A stretch of 62,416 nt of DNA, filler included. It is 6 parts of 6 records of this genome, joined end to end, with 100 filler letters (N's around TTAATTAATTAA, not from the genome) between each part and the next. Parts side by side here need not be neighbours in the genome. Positions count along the whole stretch, not along the records: positions 47,049 to 57,202 come from SRR2962707_2371; positions 57,303 to 62,416 come from SRR2962707_2386; 4 more parts are not named here. One strand, given 5' to 3'. The stretch's first letter is position 1. Each line of letters starts with the position of its first letter. A program made the translations under genes and the position numbers. Of this stretch, positions 48,333 through 57,304 are shown piece by piece. Below the pieces are notes generated by a model. That model was not told the DNA's origin. It searched no databases and saw only the letters and a program-made list of their open reading frames with translations.

Positions 48333-50482
48333 GGTTCTAGCTCGGCGCAGCGGACGGTGACGGTGATGGGATCAAAGGAGGTTATGTCGGTGTCGATTGA
48401 CAGAACGCCATTCTCGCTTCTGGCCGTACCTTGACTGACCGCTCCACCTGCCTGCGTCAGCGCAAAACGATACTCGCCCTCTGGCGCCCACAGCTCCAGC
48501 TCTGGGCGGCCGAAGCCCTGCAGCACGGCACTGAAGCGGCACTGGCCCAGATCTGCCCCGGAAACTTTCCATCGAGATTGACGCAGGGACAGAACTGCGC
48601 TGGGCGCATCATCGAGCACGACTTTTGCAGTGCTTTGGGAGGTGTCGAGTGCCAGATAAAGGCTGCTCTGATCGTAACGGTGTCCAATGACGCCACGACT
48701 GGCGGCATAGTTCGGTTGCGTGGTGTCAGCTACGCCGTCGAAGCGCAGGGTGCCCAGATGGCCGTAATCACGGACGGACCAGGATAGGCCTCCCCGCTGT
48801 TCGACTCTGGTCTCGAAGAAGCCGCCGACAATGCGCGGATAAAGGGAAGCCGCCACGGGGGCAACTTCCGTCGAACGGGCAATGTCGAGGTGATGGGTCA
48901 GGGCCTGCAGGCTGCCAAACCGTTCGCCGGCATACATGTGGTAGTAAAGGTTCATGGGGCGGAGACGGAAAGGAGCGCCCGTGCGCTGCCATGTTTCCTC
49001 CAGCAAATACTGACCATAGAACGGCCCGCGCCAGAGGTTGGTATAGGTGTTCTCGTTGCTGTTGACGGCATAAACCTGCCGCTCGGTCCCCACCGTCCGG
49101 GTGAGCGGCGCCACGTAGGTATAGGAGGGGTATTCACCATCGAGGCGTGTATCGCCGCCATTCATGTTGAGGACACCCGCCTCACGCGCCGCGGCCAACT
49201 CGACCGGCCCAGGTGAGGTATCCCCACTCCAAAGATAGAGCTGAACCGTCTTGCCAGCCGGCGCAAGACGATTGGTCACGGCAAGGGCGCCAGCTATTTC
49301 CTCATCCAAATGATAGGGGTTGGCGGAATAGAAGCGCCAGGGATCGCCCAGTACCGTTTTCTGCTTGGTATCGAGGCGCGCAAGCTGCGACTCTGCCAGC
49401 GCCCGGGCAGCGATATCGTCCAGCTCCGCCTGGCGGTCGTAGTCGACGAGCTCGGTCCAGAGGAAGGGGTGGGTCATGGTGTGGCTGGCCACTTCGACTT
49501 GCGGCAGGGCAAAGATGTCCCTGGCGGTCCGCTCGACGAGAGGCGCATAGACCTCATCATAAACGATGTCGCCTGCCACGAGGCCCACGCTAACCGGCAG
49601 ATCGGGGTAGGCTTCGATGACCTGGTGCTGGATGACCTCGGCAGACACTTGACCCGGCTCGGCCTGGGAGGCGTTGACCCAACCGTCGCCATCGATATGG
49701 CTGAAATAGATCCGACGGCCCGAGAGTGTGGTTGTATCCGGCACCGGCCAAGGGTCTTTGTCCATTACCCGTTCGAGATAGAGGAAGGGATCAAGAAGCC
49801 ACAGGGTCCGTTGCAGGTCCTCGACGAACTTCATGGCAAAGCCGCTGGCCATATAGCCACCTTGCTCCGTCACGGCAGCCAATACCGCGGATTGCGCCAT
49901 TCGGGGCGACTGGACCGAAAGGAGGGTCTCCTCGCCGTTTCCCGCAGCGACAAAAACGGGGTACCCCGGCAGCACGTCGGAGAGCTGAGCCTCGAAGCCG
50001 AAGTAATCCCTGTTCAACACATCATAAGTGCTGTCGTAGGTGACAGTGATGTAGTCGCCCGTGTCGACCAATCCTAGGCGGCGGAGAAAACCGTCATACT
50101 CCGAATGCGCCCGACTGTCTCTCGATGCACCGATGTCGCCGAAAACGATCCATTTGACGCCAGCATCCATCGCTTCATTGGCGCGGCGGAAATAGTCTTC
50201 CTCCACCACAACGTCGGCCTCGATCCAAGACACCACGCCGGCATACCGACGCAGCGCTTCAGCATCGGGAAGGCCAGCGCTCATCTCCCGATAATCGAGG
50301 ATATAGCCTAGATGATTGAAGGGCGTTTCCAACATTAGATGGAGACGCGTGTCCTTTATTGATCGCTCGTCGCTACCATTATAGAGCGCCAGAACGTGGC
50401 GCTTGAGCGTCTCGGCAGCAACGGAGGGTGTCAGCACGAGCACCAGAAGGAAGGAGAGAACCAGCTTCTTCAATTCTGTCAC
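48329..50482 (-). CDS. pelA: PelA-like polysaccharide deacetylase (no N-terminal hydrolase domain)
   Basis: Signal peptide, PVPDTTTLSGRRIYFSHIDGDG, EVASHTMTHPF, WSGD, NMNGG, NENTYTNLW, LYYHMY. Confidence 0.85.
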   Translation of the reverse strand: MTELKKLVLSFLLVLVLTPSVAAETLKRHVLALYNGSDERSIKDTRLHLMLETPFNHLGYILDYREMSAGLPDAEALRRYAGVVSWIEADVVVEEDYFRRANEAMDAGVKWIVFGDIGASRDSRAHSEYDGFLRRLGLVDTGDYITVTYDSTYDVLNRDYFGFEAQLSDVLPGYPVFVAAGNGEETLLSVQSPRMAQSAVLAAVTEQGGYMASGFAMKFVEDLQRTLWLLDPFLYLERVMDKDPWPVPDTTTLSGRRIYFSHIDGDGWVNASQAEPGQVSAEVIQHQVIEAYPDLPVSVGLVAGDIVYDEVYAPLVERTARDIFALPQVEVASHTMTHPFLWTELVDYDRQAELDDIAARALAESQLARLDTKQKTVLGDPWRFYSANPYHLDEEIAGALAVTNRLAPAGKTVQLYLWSGDTSPGPVELAAAREAGVLNMNGGDTRLDGEYPSYTYVAPLTRTVGTERQVYAVNSNENTYTNLWRGPFYGQYLLEETWQRTGAPFRLRPMNLYYHMYAGERFGSLQALTHHLDIARSTEVAPVAASLYPRIVGGFFETRVEQRGGLSWSVRDYGHLGTLRFDGVADTTQPNYAASRGVIGHRYDQSSLYLALDTSQSTAKVVLDDAPSAVLSLRQSRWKVSGADLGQCRFSAVLQGFGRPELELWAPEGEYRFALTQAGGAVSQGTARSENGVLSIDTDITSFDPITVTVRCAELEP

Positions 50483-50483
50483 C

Positions 50484-51854
50484 CTAAGCCCGCGCCAGAA
50501 CGTCGGCATTGAGGTCGTCGGCGCTGCGCCGCTGCCAGGAATAGGCCAAAACGGCCGAAATGGCGCAGGCGAGAAAATAACCCAACCCGAGAAGGTCCGG
50601 CCGAAGCCAGGACAGGCCCACGGTCAGCACGATATTGAGCCCGCAGAAAAGTGCCTGCAATTGTGCATAGCGGCGAACGTCACCGATGAAGAGGATAACC
50701 GTTGCGCTGGCAAGAAAAGTGAACTGAAAGGCGCCAGCCAGGACGAGAAGCCGCAGCGTGCTGATCTGGCCAAAGGCCAGATTGAACTGGGCAATCAGCA
50801 CCGGCGCGGCCATGGCCGCGATCACGCAGACAAAGAGCTGGATCATGGACATGCGGAAGATCAGCCTAGTCACGTGGTCCCGCGCTTCCCCCAGAGCCCC
50901 GTCGATCTCGCCCAGTCGGCCACGGCTTTCGATGACGTGCTGGTATTGCCGGAAGCCGCGGAAAAGCTCGGTTTCCGATAGCACCATGAAGACCGAAATC
51001 GCCGGCACGATCAGGACATAGCCGACAAAGACCGAGCTATCATAATGGGGACGGTGCATCAGCCCGTTGATGGTTTCTACCCCGGCGGGCCAGAGCAGGA
51101 TTTTGTCGATCCAGATCGCAAAAGCCCCCAGGAAGCCACCAAGCGCGAGGATTCGGTGCCTTTGCACCGCCCGCAACAGCGCCAGGGCCAGATCCCTGAT
51201 GCCGCGCTGCCCCTCGGGGAACGTCGCAAAGAGAGGAAAACTGATACCCGCCCAGGCCAGCAACAGCCCCGCATGGAAGGCCAGGAGCAAGGTGCTTTCG
51301 TCAAGATTTTCCCAGATGCCCCAGATGATCAGCGCGGCGCTCAACAGCGTTCCCGAGCCAAAGGCCAGCGTCACTGTGCGATATTCGCGCACCGCCGTCG
51401 CAAAGCTGATGCCCACGAAGAGGCAGGTGACCAGAGCCGATAGCAGGGCGGCGGGAACGACGAAGTCCATATCCCAGCCCGAACGCCAGCCGAAAACCGC
51501 CAGTGCCGCTACACCAGCAATGAGGGCGCCAAAGGCTGTGGCCAACACATAGACGCCACGCATGAGCGAGAAGTCGCGGCCGCTGAACGCATCTGCAACC
51601 AGGCGGACCGCGACCAGCGAAATCGGCGCGGCGACAATGAAGGCGATGGCGAAGGCATAGACGACCGCCACGCGAAAGCCGACGAGCGCATCGGTTGCCC
51701 GGCCTCCGGTCAGCATGTGGATCATGGTAAAGCAGATGATGGTTAGAACCGATGGTCCGGCAGCGATGAACATGGCGTGTCCGACCGCCTGCACGCGGCC
51801 GCTGAGATTTGCCCGCTCATAGAGTTTGAGGAGAGGAAAACCGATCCCGGCCAT
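50484..51854 (-). CDS. pelG: Pel exopolysaccharide transporter PelG
   Basis: MAGIGF start, AGP, IWIDKILLW, YDSSVF, ETELF; many TM helices. Confidence 0.92.
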   Translation of the reverse strand: MAGIGFPLLKLYERANLSGRVQAVGHAMFIAAGPSVLTIICFTMIHMLTGGRATDALVGFRVAVVYAFAIAFIVAAPISLVAVRLVADAFSGRDFSLMRGVYVLATAFGALIAGVAALAVFGWRSGWDMDFVVPAALLSALVTCLFVGISFATAVREYRTVTLAFGSGTLLSAALIIWGIWENLDESTLLLAFHAGLLLAWAGISFPLFATFPEGQRGIRDLALALLRAVQRHRILALGGFLGAFAIWIDKILLWPAGVETINGLMHRPHYDSSVFVGYVLIVPAISVFMVLSETELFRGFRQYQHVIESRGRLGEIDGALGEARDHVTRLIFRMSMIQLFVCVIAAMAAPVLIAQFNLAFGQISTLRLLVLAGAFQFTFLASATVILFIGDVRRYAQLQALFCGLNIVLTVGLSWLRPDLLGLGYFLACAISAVLAYSWQRRSADDLNADVLARA

Positions 51855-53384
51855 TCAGCGCGCCTCCAGAACGGAGTCGTAAAGAGTGCTATACTGCGCC
51901 ATCACCGTCTCTGCCCGGTAGTATTTGTTCACCCGCCGCCTGAGATTGTCGCCAAAACGCGTTCGCCGTTCCTTGTCCGTGAGAAGGGAAATGGCACCAT
52001 CGGCGATTGCCTGCGGATCGACCAGGCCGACCAGAATACCGCCCGGACCGAGATTGGGAGTCTCGTCTGCCGCGCCCAGCAGCATTTCTTCGCAGGCACC
52101 CACATTGGTGGTGACGAAAGGAATGCCCGCCGCGCCGCCTTCGAGAATGATCAGCGGCTGCGCTTCGGAAAGACTAGTCAGGAGCAGAACATGGATGCTG
52201 GGCAGCCAGTCCTTGATCTTGGCCATGCCCGTGAAGCGTATATGTTCTACAAGGCCCAGCTTGGCGACCAGCGCCTCGCACTCCCTGAAATAGTCTTCGT
52301 CTTCATCGGTCGGGCCGATGACCAGAGCAAGAATGTCGGGCACAGCCTGACGGATGAGATCGACGGACTTGATGTAACTCTTGATGTCCTTGATCGGCGC
52401 CACACGGCCGATCAGCGCAATGGTCGGCCGTTGGTCCGCACCGGCGCGGGACATGCCGGCGTAGCCTTCGACATCGACGCCATTGGGCACGACAACCAGC
52501 TTCTCTGGAGCCGCCCCATCGCTCGCCTGGACTTGGCTATTGGCTCCATAAAGCGTGGTGATGCGGTCACTCGCATCGTAGCAGGTGCGCGAGATGGCTT
52601 CGAATGTGCCTTCCCAGAGACCGTCGATGTCGGGGAATTCGTTGTGCACCGAGATGCGCCGCCGCAGCCCCTGCCGGATCCAGGTCGCCAGCGTGATCTC
52701 CATGCGGCGCTCATTGGTATAGATGCCATGCTCGGTTACCAAGGTCGGGCGGCCGGTCTCGATATGCGCGCGCGCCTGAAACAATCCCGCATAGCCTGTC
52801 GAAATGGCGTGATAGGCCTTCGCCCGCGGAATGGGGGCCTGAATGGTGCTGATGACGGATTGCACGATGGACCGCCAGCCCCAGTAGAAATCGATGAATG
52901 AGGCTTCGGGCATGCGCGTGAGATAATGGGCGCGCACCTGGTCATAGGCCTCGCGCGACCGGACGAATCGCGTGGCATCGACCCCGGCCGCCTGCAGCTT
53001 CTGCACCGATCTTGTGAGATTGCCCAGGGCGTCGAGTCCACCCTCTTCCATGAAGGTGTAGAGCGGCTTTTGTATATCTTTGGCATTGCGGCCGAGGCGC
53101 TCGGCCGCAATGCGCGCCGAGCCGGGCGGGCTCAGAATAATTTCGGAGAAATCGACGAGATTGTCCGGAAACTTGTAACGCGGTGGGGTTTTGGAGGGTG
53201 CAGCCAGCAGCGCCACCACGGCGAAGCGGCGCGCGGGCATGCTGCGCATCAGCCAGTCGATCCAGGTCGATACACCGCCCGGTACGTAGGGATAGCAGCC
53301 TTCGGCGATGAGGCAGATATCGGCTTCCTGCTCACCGGCAAGGCGGGCAATTTTGCGTCGGCGCTGCGGTAGATCGGCAATCAT
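51855..53384 (-). CDS. pelF: GT4 glycosyltransferase PelF
   Basis: EGCYPYVPGGVSTW, HAISTGYAG, TEHGIYTNER, GRVAPIKDIK, SLSEAQPLIILE. Confidence 0.95.
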   Translation of the reverse strand: MIADLPQRRRKIARLAGEQEADICLIAEGCYPYVPGGVSTWIDWLMRSMPARRFAVVALLAAPSKTPPRYKFPDNLVDFSEIILSPPGSARIAAERLGRNAKDIQKPLYTFMEEGGLDALGNLTRSVQKLQAAGVDATRFVRSREAYDQVRAHYLTRMPEASFIDFYWGWRSIVQSVISTIQAPIPRAKAYHAISTGYAGLFQARAHIETGRPTLVTEHGIYTNERRMEITLATWIRQGLRRRISVHNEFPDIDGLWEGTFEAISRTCYDASDRITTLYGANSQVQASDGAAPEKLVVVPNGVDVEGYAGMSRAGADQRPTIALIGRVAPIKDIKSYIKSVDLIRQAVPDILALVIGPTDEDEDYFRECEALVAKLGLVEHIRFTGMAKIKDWLPSIHVLLLTSLSEAQPLIILEGGAAGIPFVTTNVGACEEMLLGAADETPNLGPGGILVGLVDPQAIADGAISLLTDKERRTRFGDNLRRRVNKYYRAETVMAQYSTLYDSVLEAR

Positions 53385-54259
53385 CGCGATGGCTCTGGCA
53401 AGGGTGTCGCGACCAACTTGTTGAGCATGGCCCGCAGGATCGTGGTGTCGCGGCTATTGGCTGCGTGGCAGCCCCAGACCAATTGCGCCAGCATGTCGGC
53501 ATGATGCCCTTCATCGCCGAACTGAATGACGCGGTCAGTAAGGTTGGCCATGGCCAGCGCGGCCTGACGCATGCCTTCGGCATCCAGCAGATGGTTGGTG
53601 ATGTGCCTGGTGATAGCAGCGGAAAGAGCGGTGATGTCCTCCATTCGCGCCTCCGGCACCTTGGCGAGAAGCAGATCGAGATCGTCACGGGCCTCCTGCC
53701 CAAGACCGGTCAGCACTGCCGCCGCCTGCACGCGGATGGTCGGCTCCGGATCGGCCAGCGCCTGGCGTAAAATGACATAATAGTCGCGGTGATAGGCCGA
53801 GGTGAGATAGGCTATGGCGCTCCGCTTGGCGGCCAGGCTGCCATTGGCAATGATGTCCTTGAGCGTGGGCGCATCCGGATTGAGGATCGTGCCGAATTCG
53901 AAAGTGTGCTCGGCGCGGGCCGTCGGTTCAAATGCCTTGCCGCGCCCGGAAAGCGTTTCATACCAATCGAGCAATTCGGGCGAAGCGCGGTTATCAACCG
54001 TCGTGAGACGGGCTGTGATGACCGCTGACGCGAGCGCCCCGACGAGTCCGCCCAACGTAAGGATGAGCCACTCAAGGTAACGCTGGGACGGCAGTTGCCG
54101 ACGCAGGGCGAGCAGGATCAACGCCCCCAATGCTACCAGCACGGCGACGCGCAGCGAGACGGCCAACCCGACGGGGATCAAGCCCCTCCATACTGCCCAG
54201 ATCAAAGCGCCATCCGCGACGGCCACCGCGAGATAGAAGGCAATCCTGCTCGCGGTCAT
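53381..54259 (-). CDS. pelE: PelE-like membrane protein with HEAT/TPR-like helices
   Basis: N-terminal TM helices, LRQALADPEPTIRVQAAAVL; sits between the pelD-like gene and pelF with ATGA overlaps. Confidence 0.7.
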   Translation of the reverse strand: MTASRIAFYLAVAVADGALIWAVWRGLIPVGLAVSLRVAVLVALGALILLALRRQLPSQRYLEWLILTLGGLVGALASAVITARLTTVDNRASPELLDWYETLSGRGKAFEPTARAEHTFEFGTILNPDAPTLKDIIANGSLAAKRSAIAYLTSAYHRDYYVILRQALADPEPTIRVQAAAVLTGLGQEARDDLDLLLAKVPEARMEDITALSAAITRHITNHLLDAEGMRQAALAMANLTDRVIQFGDEGHHADMLAQLVWGCHAANSRDTTILRAMLNKLVATPLPEPSR

Positions 54260-55152
54260 GCCACCCGGCTCCGCACGGCCAACCGTAACAGATCCAGCGT
54301 ACCACGCTTGTCCAGAAGCGCGCCGACACGCTCACATAACTCAAAGAGATATAGCTGATCTGCCTGGGTGAAGTGTTCGGGGTCAATTCGATCAACATGA
54401 ACCTCGAGAATGGTGCGGCCAGATGAACCCAGCGCAGGGAAGATAGCTGCAGGCGGAATATCGCTTTTCTCTTTCTCGGTTTTATCCGGACGCGGAAGTT
54501 CAGTGCGGACCCGGCCATCACAGATGAAGAGCGTCAGCGCTGCGCCATTGGCCGCCGAGGTGAAGATCTCAAATAGGCTGTCGCGGCAATCGCTGGCCGA
54601 CATGTCCGACAGTGCGTCGACTTTGCGAATGGTGTGGCGCAAGTGCGGGTCGCGACCTACGGTGAGGGAACGTTCAAGAAACTCAACGCGATCACGAAGG
54701 CGCGAATATCGCTCCGTCATGGCCGCCACATTGTTCCGCTCTTCGGCCAATTCCCGGCCTAGATTTAGCGCATGTTCCTGCGCCATCGTCCGCATTCCGC
54801 CCAGAAAAGCAGCAACAACTGTCCAGAGCAGAGGCTCAAGGCCGAGACGAAGCGCGAAGGCATCAATGCTCTCGCCCACGCCAATGGCAGAGCCGAACTG
54901 CATCGTGTAAATGACGAAAGCGAAGGTGGACGCGATCAAGCCGCTGAGGAGACCGTAGTGCAGCGAGAGAACCATGACCGGGATCCAGAGCAGACTTACA
55001 CGCACTGGGAGCGCATTGGCGTCAAACCACTCGTGAACGACGGGCCCCGCGAGAACTGCGAGCAGGAAAAGCGCAGACATTTCAAACGTCCACTCAAGGA
55101 TGAACGTCGGAAATCGGTATTTCCTATCACCACTGACTTGCCTATCGGCCAC
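54256..55152 (-). CDS. pelD: PelD-like membrane protein (TM region, coiled coil, short GAF-like region; no GGDEF)
   Basis: WIPVMVLSLHYGLLSGL, PLLW..AAFLGGMR, coiled coil RYSRLRDRVEFLE; first gene of the operon; only 298 aa. Confidence 0.65.
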   Translation of the reverse strand: MADRQVSGDRKYRFPTFILEWTFEMSALFLLAVLAGPVVHEWFDANALPVRVSLLWIPVMVLSLHYGLLSGLIASTFAFVIYTMQFGSAIGVGESIDAFALRLGLEPLLWTVVAAFLGGMRTMAQEHALNLGRELAEERNNVAAMTERYSRLRDRVEFLERSLTVGRDPHLRHTIRKVDALSDMSASDCRDSLFEIFTSAANGAALTLFICDGRVRTELPRPDKTEKEKSDIPPAAIFPALGSSGRTILEVHVDRIDPEHFTQADQLYLFELCERVGALLDKRGTLDLLRLAVRSRVA

Positions 55153-55218
55153 AGCACCCCCAGCATGTGTTTTCTCGGTTCACCTCAACTGCATAGCCCC
55201 TGAGAGTTAAGAAACCGA

Positions 55219-56115
55219 ATGTGGACACCAAAGCGGATCGCCAGCGCCATGGCCCTGTTGTGTTTTGCTGCAATGGCGGTAGCTTTCTCCGCGCGGCATG
55301 TATCAACAGGTCCAGAATTGAACGCAGTGGACACTTGGGGTTACCAGCTACAGAACCTCGATCTTGCCCAGTTGGCGGTGGTCGATGTCGATCTTCTAGT
55401 TGTGGATCACGCCGGTGACGATGCTCGCCCGCTGCCCAATTCCACGATTGCCGGCCTCAAGCGCAATGCCGATGGGGCGCCACGGATCGTATTGAGCTAT
55501 CTCAGCATCGGTGAAGCGGAGCGCTACCGGACCTATTGGGAAGAGAGCTGGGACCAGACTGGCCCCGATTGGCTTGGGGAAGAAAATCCGGACTGGCCAG
55601 GCAATTATGCGGTCGACTTTGCCGATCCCGACTGGCAGCGGCTGATCTACGGACACCCCGGCGCCCTTCTCGATACCATCATCGACCAGGGTTTTGATGG
55701 CGCCTATCTCGACCGCGTAGATGCCTATTACGGCCAGGGGCGCGAAGCGCGGAAGGACATGAAAGCCTTCGTCGCCGAGCTGAAGGCTTATTCCGAAAAA
55801 CGCCGCCCGGGCTTTTTGATCTTCCAGCAAAATGCAGAAGAACTGCTCACCGATCCTGACCATCGCGCCAACATTGATGGGCTAGGCAAGGAAGACCTGC
55901 TTTTTAATGTCGAGCGCCGAGGCGCCGCCAACCCGGCCAATACGGTGCAAGAGTCCCAAAGTCTCATCGCCTTGCTGGCGGAGGAAGGCAAACCGATCCT
56001 GGTCGTCGAATATGATCTTGCCGCGGATCAGGCTTCAGCGGCGATGGCAACTCTCAACAGACAGGGATACATACCCACCATGGCGAATAGAAGCCTCTCC
56101 CAAGTACCAAGATAG
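55219..56115 (+). CDS. Secreted endo-alpha-1,4-polygalactosaminidase-like glycoside hydrolase (GH114/TM1410-like; counterpart of the PelA hydrolase domain)
   Basis: WGYQLQ, SYLSIGEAERYRTYW, ENPDWPGNY, GFDGAYLDRVDAY, QQN, VEY. Confidence 0.88.
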   Translation: MWTPKRIASAMALLCFAAMAVAFSARHVSTGPELNAVDTWGYQLQNLDLAQLAVVDVDLLVVDHAGDDARPLPNSTIAGLKRNADGAPRIVLSYLSIGEAERYRTYWEESWDQTGPDWLGEENPDWPGNYAVDFADPDWQRLIYGHPGALLDTIIDQGFDGAYLDRVDAYYGQGREARKDMKAFVAELKAYSEKRRPGFLIFQQNAEELLTDPDHRANIDGLGKEDLLFNVERRGAANPANTVQESQSLIALLAEEGKPILVVEYDLAADQASAAMATLNRQGYIPTMANRSLSQVPR

Positions 56116-56334
56116 CAGGCCGCGAATTGACGTGAGCGCCTAGGGGTGCCCTTGCCTCAGTAGCGCTGCTCTGGTCGGCAAGGGAATCCAGATTGATCTG
56201 GGCCCCAAGCCCGCTGCGGTTTGCGTTTTGTCGAGTTTGACATCCTAGTAGCAATGGCCGCCCGCCGATCCTAGGTGAAGTTCGCCGCATTGGGGAGCCC
56301 AAGCTGAGGTCCTGATTGGCGCCCAAACGCAGGC

Positions 56335-56640
56335 CTGGCCCAGGAAGGTTACCAGTGCGTGAGCTTTGGGGAGCCGAAGAGCTTGTCTACCTTCCTGAAG
56401 CTGACCCCCGTTCGGATTGTGATCTTGCATTATCGTGGCGTTGCTTCGCCAAGCACTTCCCTCATTGCCAAATTGCGGAGGAACGAAAGTAGCGTTTCCT
56501 TATTTTCGGACGATATTACTGGCGCCGGTCAGAGCTGATTTCCGCAAGCCACTTCTATCGATGGGGGCCAATGGAGTTGTCACTCGACCCTATGGCTTCA
56601 CTGAAATCCTGAGCGAGATACATGGGCAGGAGCAAGCGCT
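56335..56640 (+). pseudogene. Frameshifted, degenerate response-regulator receiver domain
   Basis: Frame A: LAQEGYQCVSFGEPKSLSTFLKLTPVRIVILHY...LIAKLRRN; frame B after about 56485: KVAFPYFRTILLA...LLSMGANGVVTRPYGFTEILSEI; together they trace a REC fold. Confidence 0.5.
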
Positions 56641-57172
56641 GAAGTGGAGGCCTCCCGTGTCCAGTGCTCCGAAGGCCCTGCCACGCCCACGGCAAAAGCA
56701 CAATGTTGTCTCACTGTTTGGCTGACGCCCTGACCTCAACCCGTAGATCTCCTCAAGAGTATGGCGTCATTCCTGCCTTCTACGAGGGTCACGTCATCGC
56801 CGCGTTTGCCTTCAACGGAGTCCAACGCATTTCCGCGGCGACACTCGTCAGTCTGCGAACCACTCTGTTGTCGCCATCACGATTGAGCAGGTGGACCGGC
56901 AGTTCTCGGGAGATCGTGATCTTAGCCTGAACGGCAGAAATGGGGCGCGCACCTGTCCGGCGGGTTATGGAAGCCCCCTGCCCCATAATCCTCCATGCCA
57001 ACGCCTTAGTCGGGGCCGTTTGCTGCCTGACCGGAATTTGACGATACAACTGGGAAAGCGGACAGTGTTGATTGCCACTGAGTACACCACGCCGAGGGGC
57101 ACGATCCAGCTGCGATGTCATCCGGCCCCTCATTAGGGCGAATGCATCACATATCAACGACTTAGGAATTTC

Positions 57173-57202
57173 TGGCTGGGGCGCCAGGATTCGAACCTGG
57201 GA
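57173..57202 (-). tRNA. 3' end of a tRNA, probably tRNA-Gln (truncated gene or att-site duplicate)
   Basis: Minus strand TCCCAGGTTCGAATCCTGGCGCCCCAGCCA: T-arm plus ...CCCCAGCCA end typical of bacterial tRNA-Gln; anticodon not visible. Confidence 0.8.
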
Positions 57203-57302
57203 NNNNNNNNNNNNNNNNNNNNNNNNNNNNNNNNNNNNNNNNNNNNTTAATTAATTAANNNNNNNNNNNNNNNNNNNNNNNNNNNNNNNNNNNNNNNNNN
57301 NN
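57203..57302. other. Artificial contig spacer
   Basis: N44-TTAATTAATTAA-N44. Confidence 0.99.
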
Positions 57303-57304
57303 AA

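Noticed and set aside
56700..57140. Short ORFs between the REC relic and the tRNA end
   Set aside because: No motif or RBS support; probably decayed island DNA.
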